From NCBI GenBank assembly GCA_001785865.1, contig MFUZ01000006.1:242315-306314 (forward strand): 64,000 nt of DNA, given 5' to 3'. Both the position numbers and the translations under genes were made by a program. Positions 10,107-18,860 of this stretch are shown piece by piece; position 1 is the first letter of the stretch; each line of letters begins with the position of its first letter. Source of the stretch: Candidatus Nomurabacteria bacterium RIFCSPLOWO2_01_FULL_41_18. Lineage in GTDB: Bacteria; Patescibacteriota; Minisyncoccia; Phycocordibacterales; UBA9973. The notes below the pieces were generated by a model. It did not search any database. It was not told where the DNA came from and worked only from the letters and a program-made list of their open reading frames with translations.

Positions 10107-10138
10107 TTACGTAATGTATTACGTAATACATTACGTAA
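10107..10138. repeat. Perfect 32-bp palindrome (3 x TTACGTAA), copy 1
   Basis: TTACGTAATGTATTACGTAATACATTACGTAA equals its own reverse complement; identical copy at 56850-56881. Confidence 0.95.
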
Positions 10139-10146
10139 CTAAAATC

Positions 10147-11418
10147 TTATTTCTTCTTCAACAAAATCATCAAATCAGAAACGTTGGCCCCTGTTGCGCC
10201 GGTCATGATAATGTCGCCGGACTTTTGAAACACCGGGTAAGAATCGAAACGTTCTAGGTGATCATCGATATCTATACCTTGATTTTTTATTTTTTCAATA
10301 GTTTTTTTATCCGCTATGGCTCCAGCTGCATCGCTGTTGTCCATGCCGTCGGAAGCGAGAGAGACAAAGACCGAATCTTCGCCGATCATTCCTTTTTTGA
10401 TCACTCGGAGCGCCATATGGAGGTTTCTTCCGCCCTTTCCCCCTTTCCTTGCCACTTTTATTTCAGGCTCCCCAGCAGCCAAGACGGTAGTATCTGGGGC
10501 TTCCGCTTTAAAAATTTTCCCCACGGCAGAATCTATCTCATCATACATATCTGTGGATAAAATATTTGCTTTAAGGCCAAGTTCTTCCGACTTTTCGGCC
10601 ATCGCGCTTATGGCGGTCTTGTTTGAAACCAGGACAAAATTGCGTACTTTTTCAAAATATTTATCTTCTTTCGGAGTTTCTATCAGGTCGAATTTTCCCA
10701 AATTATATTTACGAATGATTTCTGCAGCATCCGCTACGGTACTCTCATCCTTGTAGGTGGGGCCTGAAGCGACATCAGCAAAATGATCCCCGGGTATATC
10801 GGAAAAAATAAGTCCGACGACATTGGCCGGATAAGCGACTTTGGCCAATCCCCCGCCTTTCAATATGGAAAGATGCTTCCGGACAGTATTTATTTCCTCG
10901 ATAGTGCCTCCACATTTCAAAAATTCATCATAGAGAGCCATATTTTGCTCGCACTCCTCTTTGGAATAGCAGAGCAAGGCAGAGCCACCGCCCGAGACAA
11001 GTACGATGATGAGATCATCTTCGCTTCCATTTTTCAATATTTCATATATTTTTTCACCGGCCTCTACATTCATCATACTCGGCCTCGGGTGGCTCCCGGC
11101 AAATACGTCGATATAGTCGAGGCTGATCTTGGCAAGTCCAACCACGGCGCCAGTTTCTATCTTCGGACCTAAAATTTTCTCCAACGCGAGAGCGGCACGG
11201 GCAGAAGCCTTGCCAAAACCGACAACTTTGATTTTTTTAAATTTCGACAGATCGAAACTCTCCCCCATTATGGTAAGTAGATCGCCCTCGGGCTTTACAA
11301 ATCGAGAAATTACTTCTTCGGTATCGATCGCCGATAGTCCCGCCTCAATGATAGCAAGAGCCAATTTACGATTTTCCGTTGTGGCGAGCTCGCCCTGATT
11401 TTTGATCCATCTTTTCAT
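10147..11418 (-). CDS. Glycerate 2-kinase (MOFRL/DUF4147 family)
   Basis: GFGKA, HPRP, SGGGSAL, RKHLSILKGGGLA, SDIPGD, ASGPT, GGRN, DGMD, TGANVSD. Confidence 0.9.
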   Translation of the reverse strand: MKRWIKNQGELATTENRKLALAIIEAGLSAIDTEEVISRFVKPEGDLLTIMGESFDLSKFKKIKVVGFGKASARAALALEKILGPKIETGAVVGLAKISLDYIDVFAGSHPRPSMMNVEAGEKIYEILKNGSEDDLIIVLVSGGGSALLCYSKEECEQNMALYDEFLKCGGTIEEINTVRKHLSILKGGGLAKVAYPANVVGLIFSDIPGDHFADVASGPTYKDESTVADAAEIIRKYNLGKFDLIETPKEDKYFEKVRNFVLVSNKTAISAMAEKSEELGLKANILSTDMYDEIDSAVGKIFKAEAPDTTVLAAGEPEIKVARKGGKGGRNLHMALRVIKKGMIGEDSVFVSLASDGMDNSDAAGAIADKKTIEKIKNQGIDIDDHLERFDSYPVFQKSGDIIMTGATGANVSDLMILLKKK

Positions 11419-11419
11419 T

Positions 11420-12436
11420 CTATTTTACAAGATTTACGGGATTGCTCAAAACAAACCCTCTGATATTTTCTACTGTTACTTTCAGAATCTCCGCAACAGC
11501 TTCCCGGGTGTAAAAAGCGATGTGCGGAGTGATAATCACATTTGGCATATCTATAAGAAGACGGTCTTCCAGCAAGGTTTTGTAATCCTCAATATGTCTT
11601 CCGCTCGCGGGCGAAGACAAGATCTCAATTTCGTCTTTGAGCTCCCTTTCACCTTCGAGCACATCCAGTCCGGCTCCGCCGATAATTCCTTCTTTGAGGC
11701 CCCAGATGAGCGCGTCGGTGTCGATGAGCTCCCCTCGCGCAGTATTTATGATATAGGCTCCTTTTTTCATCATGGAAATATTTTCTTTGTTGATCAGATG
11801 ATGGCTCTCTTTGGTGTAAGGGGCATGAAGAGTGATGATGTCGGCCTCGCGGACCACATCATTCAGACTCTTATATTCAAAATTATTTTCCTTTGCAAAA
11901 GCCAGATCGGGATAAAGATCATAAGCGATCATGTGCATACCGAAGGCTTTGGCTATTTTTATTACATTTTTCCCAATTTTTCCAGTGCCGATAATTCCCA
12001 AAGTCTTACCCAAGAGATCAAATCCCTCCATTCCGGAAAAGTAATTGAAATCGGAAGATTCCCGGATGTAATTATTCGCTTTGATGATATTTCTGGAAAG
12101 ATCGAGGACGAGTCCAAAAGTGAACTCAGCTACCGTATGGGAGCCATACGCCGGCACATTGGCGACTTTTATCCCTTTGGTCTTCGCGTATTCGCAGTCG
12201 ATATTGTTGTATCCTGTCGCCCGCGTGGCGATAAATTTTAAATTTGGCAGAGCGTCTAAAACTTTTTTACTGACGTCAGAATCCACAAAAACGCATATAA
12301 TATCGGCATCTTTTGCGAGGTCGGTATTGGTCTCATCTAATTTTTCTTTAACGAAAGAGATTTCAGAGCCACTAAAAGAATTTAAAAAGAGGTCCTGCTC
12401 TGATTTTTCTAGACTCCCGAAGAATGATATTTTCAT
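11420..12436 (-). CDS. D-2-hydroxyacid dehydrogenase (D-lactate DH / hydroxypyruvate reductase family)
   Basis: RATGYNNID, NVPAY, GTGKIG, INTARG, LDVLEGE, TPHIAFYT. Confidence 0.9.
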   Translation of the reverse strand: MKISFFGSLEKSEQDLFLNSFSGSEISFVKEKLDETNTDLAKDADIICVFVDSDVSKKVLDALPNLKFIATRATGYNNIDCEYAKTKGIKVANVPAYGSHTVAEFTFGLVLDLSRNIIKANNYIRESSDFNYFSGMEGFDLLGKTLGIIGTGKIGKNVIKIAKAFGMHMIAYDLYPDLAFAKENNFEYKSLNDVVREADIITLHAPYTKESHHLINKENISMMKKGAYIINTARGELIDTDALIWGLKEGIIGGAGLDVLEGERELKDEIEILSSPASGRHIEDYKTLLEDRLLIDMPNVIITPHIAFYTREAVAEILKVTVENIRGFVLSNPVNLVK

Positions 12437-12468
12437 GCTCTAATTATATCATGGTTCGATTTTACTCA

Positions 12469-12567
12469 CCATGATCCTGCTTTCGACTGCCCTGAGGGGC
12501 TTGCTCAAGCCCTTGAACGGGAGTTTTTATCGAATGGATCATAAGCCCAGTCGAAGCAATAATATGG
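12469..12567. other. Structured intergenic element / candidate ncRNA
   Basis: Closing stem TGCTTTCGACTG...CAGTCGAAGCA with inner hairpin GGGCTTG-ct-CAAGCCC. Confidence 0.45.
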
Positions 12568-12951
12568 CTATTTAAACCAATTTTTCCAGAAAAAGAGAAA
12601 AGAAAAGAAGCCTCCGGACTTCTTTTCTGGAACCTCGGACTGGTTCTCATCTTCCACGATGATGATCACGCCTTCTCCTTCTTTCACCACTGGAAATTTT
12701 TCACGTATACTTTCTTCGATTCCGCTTGAGGTTCCCAATTTGGCTATCTCTGCCGTGAGTTTTAATTTTTGCTCCTCCAGCTCGGTCACTTGGCTCTCTG
12801 CAATTTTTTTATTTTCCCTGGTTATAGACATCTTGCCCATAAAAACTATCACGCTCCAGGCAAAAATAAGCAACAATATAAACAAAATTGCCAAAACAGG
12901 CCTTGAATGTAAAATATTTCGCCAACCTCTTTTTCTTTGAAAACTTTTCAT
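12568..12951 (-). CDS. Septum formation initiator (FtsB/DivIC-like)
   Basis: One TM helix, coiled coil, IEESIREKF..VKEGE motif. Confidence 0.8.
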   Translation of the reverse strand: MKSFQRKRGWRNILHSRPVLAILFILLLIFAWSVIVFMGKMSITRENKKIAESQVTELEEQKLKLTAEIAKLGTSSGIEESIREKFPVVKEGEGVIIIVEDENQSEVPEKKSGGFFSFLFFWKNWFK

Positions 12952-12970
12952 AGTATGATACTATCAGTAT

Positions 12971-13084
12971 ATGCTTTTCAACAAAAAACATCAAAAAAAG
13001 ATCCAGATCATCTGGGCGATAGTGAGTATTCTCATCATCATCAGCATGATCTTATTGTATTCTCCGATATTTCAAATAAACTAG
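12971..13084 (+). CDS. 37-aa small membrane protein (not in ORF track)
   Basis: MLFNKKHQKKIQIIWAIVSILIIISMILLYSPIFQIN; basic N-terminus plus one TM helix. Confidence 0.6.
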   Translation: MLFNKKHQKKIQIIWAIVSILIIISMILLYSPIFQIN

Positions 13085-13208
13085 AAACTCGTTGCAGGCG
13101 TACTTTTTAGAAAGCCTTGCGCAGGCGGACGCGCCGAGCAGTTCGCTCCGCAAGCTTGCGGAGATAGATTGCTTTATAAAAAGTATGCCAAGAAAGAGTT
13201 TCTAGTTT
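13078..13208. repeat. Nested inverted-repeat element between convergent stop codons
   Basis: 13-bp IR AAACTAGAAACTC/GAGTTTCTAGTTT; 19-bp inner IR with 2 mismatches; 18-bp palindrome CTCCGCAAGCTTGCGGAG. Confidence 0.85.
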
Positions 13209-15136
13209 TCCCCGCTACGCATCATCTTCAAAAATACGTCTTGGGGAATGTTTACTTTGCCTCTTTCTTTCATTTTCTTTTTGCCTTTCTTTTGTTTCTC
13301 ACGAAGTTTCATTTTGCGAGTTATATCACCTCCATACATATGTGCAGTAACATCTTTTTTCATACCAGAAAGCGTGCGTGATGAGATGATGCGTCCAAAT
13401 GCTTTACCTTGGATTTTCAAAGTAAACATTTGCCTAGGCAACAAGCTCTCTAATTTTACAACAGACTCTTCGGCTTCTATTTCTACCCTTTTCTTTGAGA
13501 CAACTTTAGAAAAAGCTGGTACAGGTTCATCGGCAACCAACACATCAAGTCGGGTGACATCTGCTTCACGATTTTCGGCTATATTGTAAGATATTGATCC
13601 ATAGCCAGATGAAGTGCTTTTTAGTTCATCAAAGAAATTGCGCATCAATTCACGAAGCGGCATTTTTACAGATATAGATGAACGGTTGTCTCCGAAATTC
13701 TCAGTCTCCCCTACTTCTGCTTCATGATCAAACAATATCTGCATAATGTTACCTAGATATTCCACAGGAGTGATTATTTTTGCATTTACCCACGGCTCAA
13801 AAATAGTTTTAATATTACTGTCATCTGGAAAAAAGTACGGCGAATAAATCTTCTGCCTCTTCGGCAGATCGCCGATGAGGCGATTTCCAACATTAGTATT
13901 ATATTCTACTTCATATACGATAGAGGGCGTAGTGATGACAAGATTCAAATTAAATTCTCGCTTCAGTCTTTCAGTAATGATTTCTAAATGAAGCATTCCA
14001 AGAAAACCACAGCGAAAACCTCGCCCCAGAGATCCTGAAGATTCTTCTTCAAAAGAAAAAGACGAATCTGAAAGTTTTAGTTTTCCTAAAGAAAGCTTTA
14101 GTAAGGCAAAATCGTCCGCATCCTCGGGAAAAACACTCGCCCAAACCACCGGCATCGGCTGCATATATCCCGGAAGTGCAGGCAGTGGATTCGCAGATTT
14201 TGTAATCGTATCTCCAACAGAAGCAATACCAGGCTTTTTTATGCCTGTGACAATATAGCCGGTATCTCCAGCTGAGAGACTGTCTCGTGGAGTTTCTTCT
14301 GGTGAAAAAGTCCCGACCTCAAGCGCTGTAAATTTTTCCCCTGAGACAGCAAAAAGCAAGCTGTCACCCCGCCTCACCTTACCATCAAATAACCTCACAA
14401 AAACTATTACCCCTTTATGATTTGAATATTTAAAATCAAACACTAAAGCGCTCAAAACATTTTCACTTTTATTTTCATTTTTATAATTTTCAATTGGCGC
14501 CGGAACACGTTTTATAACTTCCTTTAAAAGATTTTCCACCCCTTCTCCTGTGCGACCTGAAACTAAAAGCACTTCATTTGGATCGCAATTTAAAAGTTTT
14601 ACCACTTCTTCTTTTACTTCCGACACCCTAGCCAAAGGTGAATCAATTTTAGAAAGGACAGGAATTATTACAGAGGCCCCTTCACCTCTCCCATTGCCAG
14701 AGCGGGGTAGGCGAGCCATAGCGAGCGTGGTAAGCGTCTGCGCCTGCACCCCCTGTGTGGAGTCAACCAGTAAAATAGACCCTTCCACGGCCTTCAGAGC
14801 CCTAGAGACTTCATAAGAAAAATCCACGTGTCCGGGAGTGTCAATGAGATTCAGTATGTAAACCTCATCCCCCGCCTTCTCCTGGGGGGAGAAGGAGCCC
14901 CCTCGCCTTCCAGGAGAGGGGTTAGGGGTGAGGTGGGTGGTGTATTCCATGCGAACGGGTTGCATTTTGATTGTAATACCTCGTTCACGCTCAAGCTCCA
15001 TAGAGTCTAGTACTTGATCACGCATTTTTCGCGCTTCTACTGTATGCGTGATCTCGAGCATTCTGTCTGCCAAAGTACTTTTGCCATGGTCTATGTGGGC
15101 GATTATTGAAAAGTTTCTGATGTGTTTTAGGTCCAT
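13202..15136 (-). CDS. lepA: Elongation factor 4 (LepA)
   Basis: IRNFSIIAHIDHGKSTLADR, ERERGITIK, DTPGHVDFSYEV, GFRCGFLGMLH, GGDITRKMKL; three atypical insertions. Confidence 0.97.
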   Translation of the reverse strand: MDLKHIRNFSIIAHIDHGKSTLADRMLEITHTVEARKMRDQVLDSMELERERGITIKMQPVRMEYTTHLTPNPSPGRRGGSFSPQEKAGDEVYILNLIDTPGHVDFSYEVSRALKAVEGSILLVDSTQGVQAQTLTTLAMARLPRSGNGRGEGASVIIPVLSKIDSPLARVSEVKEEVVKLLNCDPNEVLLVSGRTGEGVENLLKEVIKRVPAPIENYKNENKSENVLSALVFDFKYSNHKGVIVFVRLFDGKVRRGDSLLFAVSGEKFTALEVGTFSPEETPRDSLSAGDTGYIVTGIKKPGIASVGDTITKSANPLPALPGYMQPMPVVWASVFPEDADDFALLKLSLGKLKLSDSSFSFEEESSGSLGRGFRCGFLGMLHLEIITERLKREFNLNLVITTPSIVYEVEYNTNVGNRLIGDLPKRQKIYSPYFFPDDSNIKTIFEPWVNAKIITPVEYLGNIMQILFDHEAEVGETENFGDNRSSISVKMPLRELMRNFFDELKSTSSGYGSISYNIAENREADVTRLDVLVADEPVPAFSKVVSKKRVEIEAEESVVKLESLLPRQMFTLKIQGKAFGRIISSRTLSGMKKDVTAHMYGGDITRKMKLREKQKKGKKKMKERGKVNIPQDVFLKMMRSGEN

Positions 15137-15256
15137 CCCGTTTAGAAGCAGATCGCGATCAACTCGCGTGTCTGATATGTTATGTTATTAATTTCTATAA
15201 TATTTGATTTCATGTTTTGTTTGTTTTTTAAATTGCGGTCGCGGCTTCTAACGGGA
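15137..15256. mobile_element. Non-autonomous MITE-like element (CCCGTT(T)AGA...TCTAACGGG) at the lepA start codon
   Basis: Terminal IR ATCCCGTTTAGAAGC / GCTTCTAACGGGAT; flanking direct repeat TCCAT at 15132-15136 and 15257-15261. Confidence 0.75.
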
Positions 15257-15265
15257 TCCATAAAA

Positions 15266-17029
15266 TTAATCTAAAAACCCTCCAGTTTGATGCTCCCAGA
15301 GCTCAGCATAAAAACCTTTTTTCTTTAAAAGATTTTTATGTGTTCCCTCTTCCACTATTTGTCCTTTATCTAAAACTATAATCCTATCCATTTTTTGAAT
15401 TGTGGAAAGTCGGTGAGCTATGACTATGGTAGTTTTTCCTTTCATTAATTCCCCAAAAGCTTCTTGAATATATGATTCACTAATACTGTCCAAAGAACTC
15501 GTGGCTTCATCTAGAACCAAAATAGGAGAATCTTTTAGCATTGCGCGAGCTATTGCCACCCTTTGCCTTTCTCCGCCAGAGAGTTTAACTCCTCTTTCAC
15601 CAACCAGAGTATCATAACCATGGGGCAATTTAGAAACAAACTCATCAGCGTGGGCTTTTTTTGCAACCTCAATGATTTCCTGTTCACTTGCATTTGGTTT
15701 ACCATAATTAATGTTTTCCTTAATCGGTCGATGAAATAAAATTGGCTCTTGCGGAACATATGATACAACAGTTCGTAAATCGTCTTGAGTTACATTTCTT
15801 ATGTCTTGATCATCGATAGTAATTGCTCCACTTGTAATATCGTTCGCCCTCAAGAGAAGTTTCGTAAATGTTGATTTACCCGCGCCTGAATGCCCGACAA
15901 TACCAACGCGTTCACCAGGTTTAATGTCGAGATTAAAATTACTTAAAACTTCTTCACCAAGCTGGTATTTGAAAGAAACATCTTTGAAAACTATATGTCC
16001 CTCTTTCATTTTTATTATTTCAGAATTTTTGGGATCTAGTATATCGGGAACTATTTCAAATATATCCACCATTTCTTTCATGTCTGAAGCGGATTTCATG
16101 AATTTTGTCAAAGAATTTCCAAATTCCCATAAATTAATGGCCACAATAGTCATATAAGTTTCGATAAGTACAATGGTCCCCACAGTCATCTTGCCCTCTA
16201 TCCACAAAGTTATCATGATATAAAGAGTCACACTTTGAACACAGATTATAAATAAATGCTGTAAAAGATCTATCTTAACACCCAAAAATGAGGCTTTTCT
16301 ACTTCTTTTAGCGCCCTCTTCGGTGTACTTGCTATAGGAATTTATTTCGCTTTTTCTAGCGGAAAAAAACTTGACTGCCAAAATATTTGAAAATACATCG
16401 GAAAGACGTCCGCTTATCTTAGAATCCTGCTCTGCTTCAAGCAAATCGTATGTCATTTTCTTTTTTACAAAGAAAGAAACTACACTTATATGTATAACTA
16501 TCCAAATACCAAAAACTAAACTGATCATGGGAGATTGGTAAAGAAGAACTGTGAATACTCCAACTAAAATTACAAAAAATTTCAAAAAGTTATAAACGAA
16601 TATATCGAATGCAATTTCAAATCCTGTCACAAAACGCCTAGCCTTGGTGACTAAGCTTCCTGCAAAAGTGTTGGAAAAAAAAGTTGGTGAATTTTGCTCA
16701 ATTTTTTGAAAGGCAAAATTTCTAAGGTCTCTTATAACATCAATTTCAAACTTCAAAAAGATAAATTTTGTAAACCTTGCGATAAAAAATACTAGAATGT
16801 GTATTGCTACAATAATAACAAATAACTGAAAGATTTCATTTGATGTTGTTGAATTGTCCCCAATTCCTAGTGAAAATATGTCAACAATTTTTTTAAAATA
16901 TAGAGGAGTAATGATTTCAGCAAAAAATATTCTTAGGCTAAAACCCACCAAAATGCAACAAAAAACCCACTTATATTTGCGTATTTGAGGCCAGACATAT
17001 TTCAATATCTTTGAAAAAAAAGACAACAT
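15266..17029 (-). CDS. ABC transporter, fused permease/ATPase (exporter type)
   Basis: TM domain; GHSGAGKST, LSGGERQR, LVLDEATS, IAHRLST. Confidence 0.93.
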   Translation of the reverse strand: MLSFFSKILKYVWPQIRKYKWVFCCILVGFSLRIFFAEIITPLYFKKIVDIFSLGIGDNSTTSNEIFQLFVIIVAIHILVFFIARFTKFIFLKFEIDVIRDLRNFAFQKIEQNSPTFFSNTFAGSLVTKARRFVTGFEIAFDIFVYNFLKFFVILVGVFTVLLYQSPMISLVFGIWIVIHISVVSFFVKKKMTYDLLEAEQDSKISGRLSDVFSNILAVKFFSARKSEINSYSKYTEEGAKRSRKASFLGVKIDLLQHLFIICVQSVTLYIMITLWIEGKMTVGTIVLIETYMTIVAINLWEFGNSLTKFMKSASDMKEMVDIFEIVPDILDPKNSEIIKMKEGHIVFKDVSFKYQLGEEVLSNFNLDIKPGERVGIVGHSGAGKSTFTKLLLRANDITSGAITIDDQDIRNVTQDDLRTVVSYVPQEPILFHRPIKENINYGKPNASEQEIIEVAKKAHADEFVSKLPHGYDTLVGERGVKLSGGERQRVAIARAMLKDSPILVLDEATSSLDSISESYIQEAFGELMKGKTTIVIAHRLSTIQKMDRIIVLDKGQIVEEGTHKNLLKKKGFYAELWEHQTGGFLD

Positions 17030-17151
17030 TGCCCTATTCTAGCAGAAAAAACCCACAATTTCAAAGCTTAAAAATTTAATCAGTTTAGTAATATCATAAT
17101 AGACACGGCCGTTGCTATTACGCTATCAAAAAATAATTAACCCTTAGAATT

Positions 17152-18858
17152 TTAAAGCCCTTCTTGGGAAGGAGCAATGACTTTTGCTCGCCAGAATTTA
17201 GTATGCAGGGCTTTCGCTATGTCTCGTAATTCTTCGTTTTTCAAAAGATACAGCACCAGAATTGCAGCCAATATGCCAAAAATTCCAGAGAAAAATCCCT
17301 GCAGAAAGACGCCCCAGAAGGTAGTGGTGCCGAAAATCGGAGAAAAAATATTTAAGCAGAAGTAACTCACCCCACCGAGGAAAAATGCGGCGCCCAAACT
17401 CTGAAAGAATACCTTGGTGATGAAGGACTCCCCTTGCATAAAGTCCTTTCGGACAAAAAACCAATACAAAACAGAGTTCAGGATAGTACCGGCAGAATAA
17501 GCGAGCGGCAACATGAGCACTTCGGTGCCAGGAATATCACTCACCTTGAAGAGCGACTCAATGAAGTATCGGAAAAAAGGAATATTTTGGAAAAAATGCA
17601 TAAACACATAAGATAAGATTACTATTACAACTGCACAGAAAAAGTTGATGATGAGCGGGCGTCTCGTATTGCCGAGCGCATAGTAAGCGCGGGATAAGAG
17701 CGTGATCATTCCTTGTGCCAAGATCGAGACAGAAAATATCGCAAGCGAAGCAGCCACCAAGCGAGTGTTGTCCCAAGAAAAACTTCCCGAACCCAGAATA
17801 ACCCGCACGATCTGAGCGCGAAGGACAATAAAAAGAAAAATTACCGGCAATGACCAGAAGACTATAGCCCGGGCGGAAGATTTCAGGTGATTTTTAAATT
17901 CATCCATCTTACCCAAAGAGACCGACTTTGCCAAAACCGGAAAAGTGGCCACTGCATAAGAAATACCTATAATATTGAGCGGAACCGATTGGAGATTGAA
18001 AGCAAAATTAAATATTGAAATAGACCCGCTCTTCAAAAAAGAAGCTAGGGAAATAATCGAAATGAGAGCAATGTTGTTCATGGCAAGGCCCAAGGTTCTA
18101 GGTAGAGAGGTCAGGACCGAACTTTTTATGTCTGAAAAATTAACGGAAAGGGCTTCACCCGCCGGACTACGACCAAAGGAGAATCGGGGCACAAATCCGA
18201 GAGCGCTTGCAGACAATGCCTGTATCCCGAAATGCATCAAGGCTCCGAGCGCCACTCCGAGCGCGAGCCCATAAATTCCAAAAATGGGATATAGAAATAA
18301 TACCCCGATAATGATCCCGACATTGTATAGGATCGGACTCAAAGAGTAAATAAAAAACCTGCGAAAAATTTGCGTTACCGTGCCAAACAGGTTTGAAAGA
18401 CCGAGCAAAATAGGCGACAATAGCATTATCCGCGAAAGCAAGACTACTTTTGCCTGCATGAGAGGCGTAAAACCCGGCGCGATAAGAGGCGCTAGGTATG
18501 GCATAAGCACAAAGGCAATGACGGACACCAGCACCATCACAGTAAAAAACACGGTGAATATATCATTCAAATATTTGCGCGCTTTGTCTGTGACATTATC
18601 TCCATCCATTCTCGCCACAATAAAAGGAATGATCACGGTAAAGGAAGCGAGAGACGCAACCGAGATAAAAATAAGATCTGGAATACGAAAAGCCGCATAG
18701 TAAGAATCAAGTAGCGCTCCGGGTCCGATAAAATGAGCAATGAAACGATCGCGGAATAAGCCTAAAATTTGCGACAGAAGAGCAAAGACGCCCAGAAGTA
18801 GAGCAGCCTGATTTATACTTCCATATTCCCGGCCAAAGATTCTAAAAAGTCTATCCAT
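17152..18858 (-). CDS. murJ: Lipid II flippase MurJ/MviN
   Basis: SQILGLFRDR, AAFRIPD, LSRAYYA; about 14 TM helices. Confidence 0.9.
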   Translation of the reverse strand: MDRLFRIFGREYGSINQAALLLGVFALLSQILGLFRDRFIAHFIGPGALLDSYYAAFRIPDLIFISVASLASFTVIIPFIVARMDGDNVTDKARKYLNDIFTVFFTVMVLVSVIAFVLMPYLAPLIAPGFTPLMQAKVVLLSRIMLLSPILLGLSNLFGTVTQIFRRFFIYSLSPILYNVGIIIGVLFLYPIFGIYGLALGVALGALMHFGIQALSASALGFVPRFSFGRSPAGEALSVNFSDIKSSVLTSLPRTLGLAMNNIALISIISLASFLKSGSISIFNFAFNLQSVPLNIIGISYAVATFPVLAKSVSLGKMDEFKNHLKSSARAIVFWSLPVIFLFIVLRAQIVRVILGSGSFSWDNTRLVAASLAIFSVSILAQGMITLLSRAYYALGNTRRPLIINFFCAVVIVILSYVFMHFFQNIPFFRYFIESLFKVSDIPGTEVLMLPLAYSAGTILNSVLYWFFVRKDFMQGESFITKVFFQSLGAAFFLGGVSYFCLNIFSPIFGTTTFWGVFLQGFFSGIFGILAAILVLYLLKNEELRDIAKALHTKFWRAKVIAPSQEGL

Positions 18859-18860
18859 TT

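Noticed and set aside
11402-12241. 279-aa plus-strand ORF and other long antisense ORFs (e.g. 53976-54668, 6136-6654)
   Set aside because: These are shadow frames opposite well-supported genes and have no recognisable motifs.
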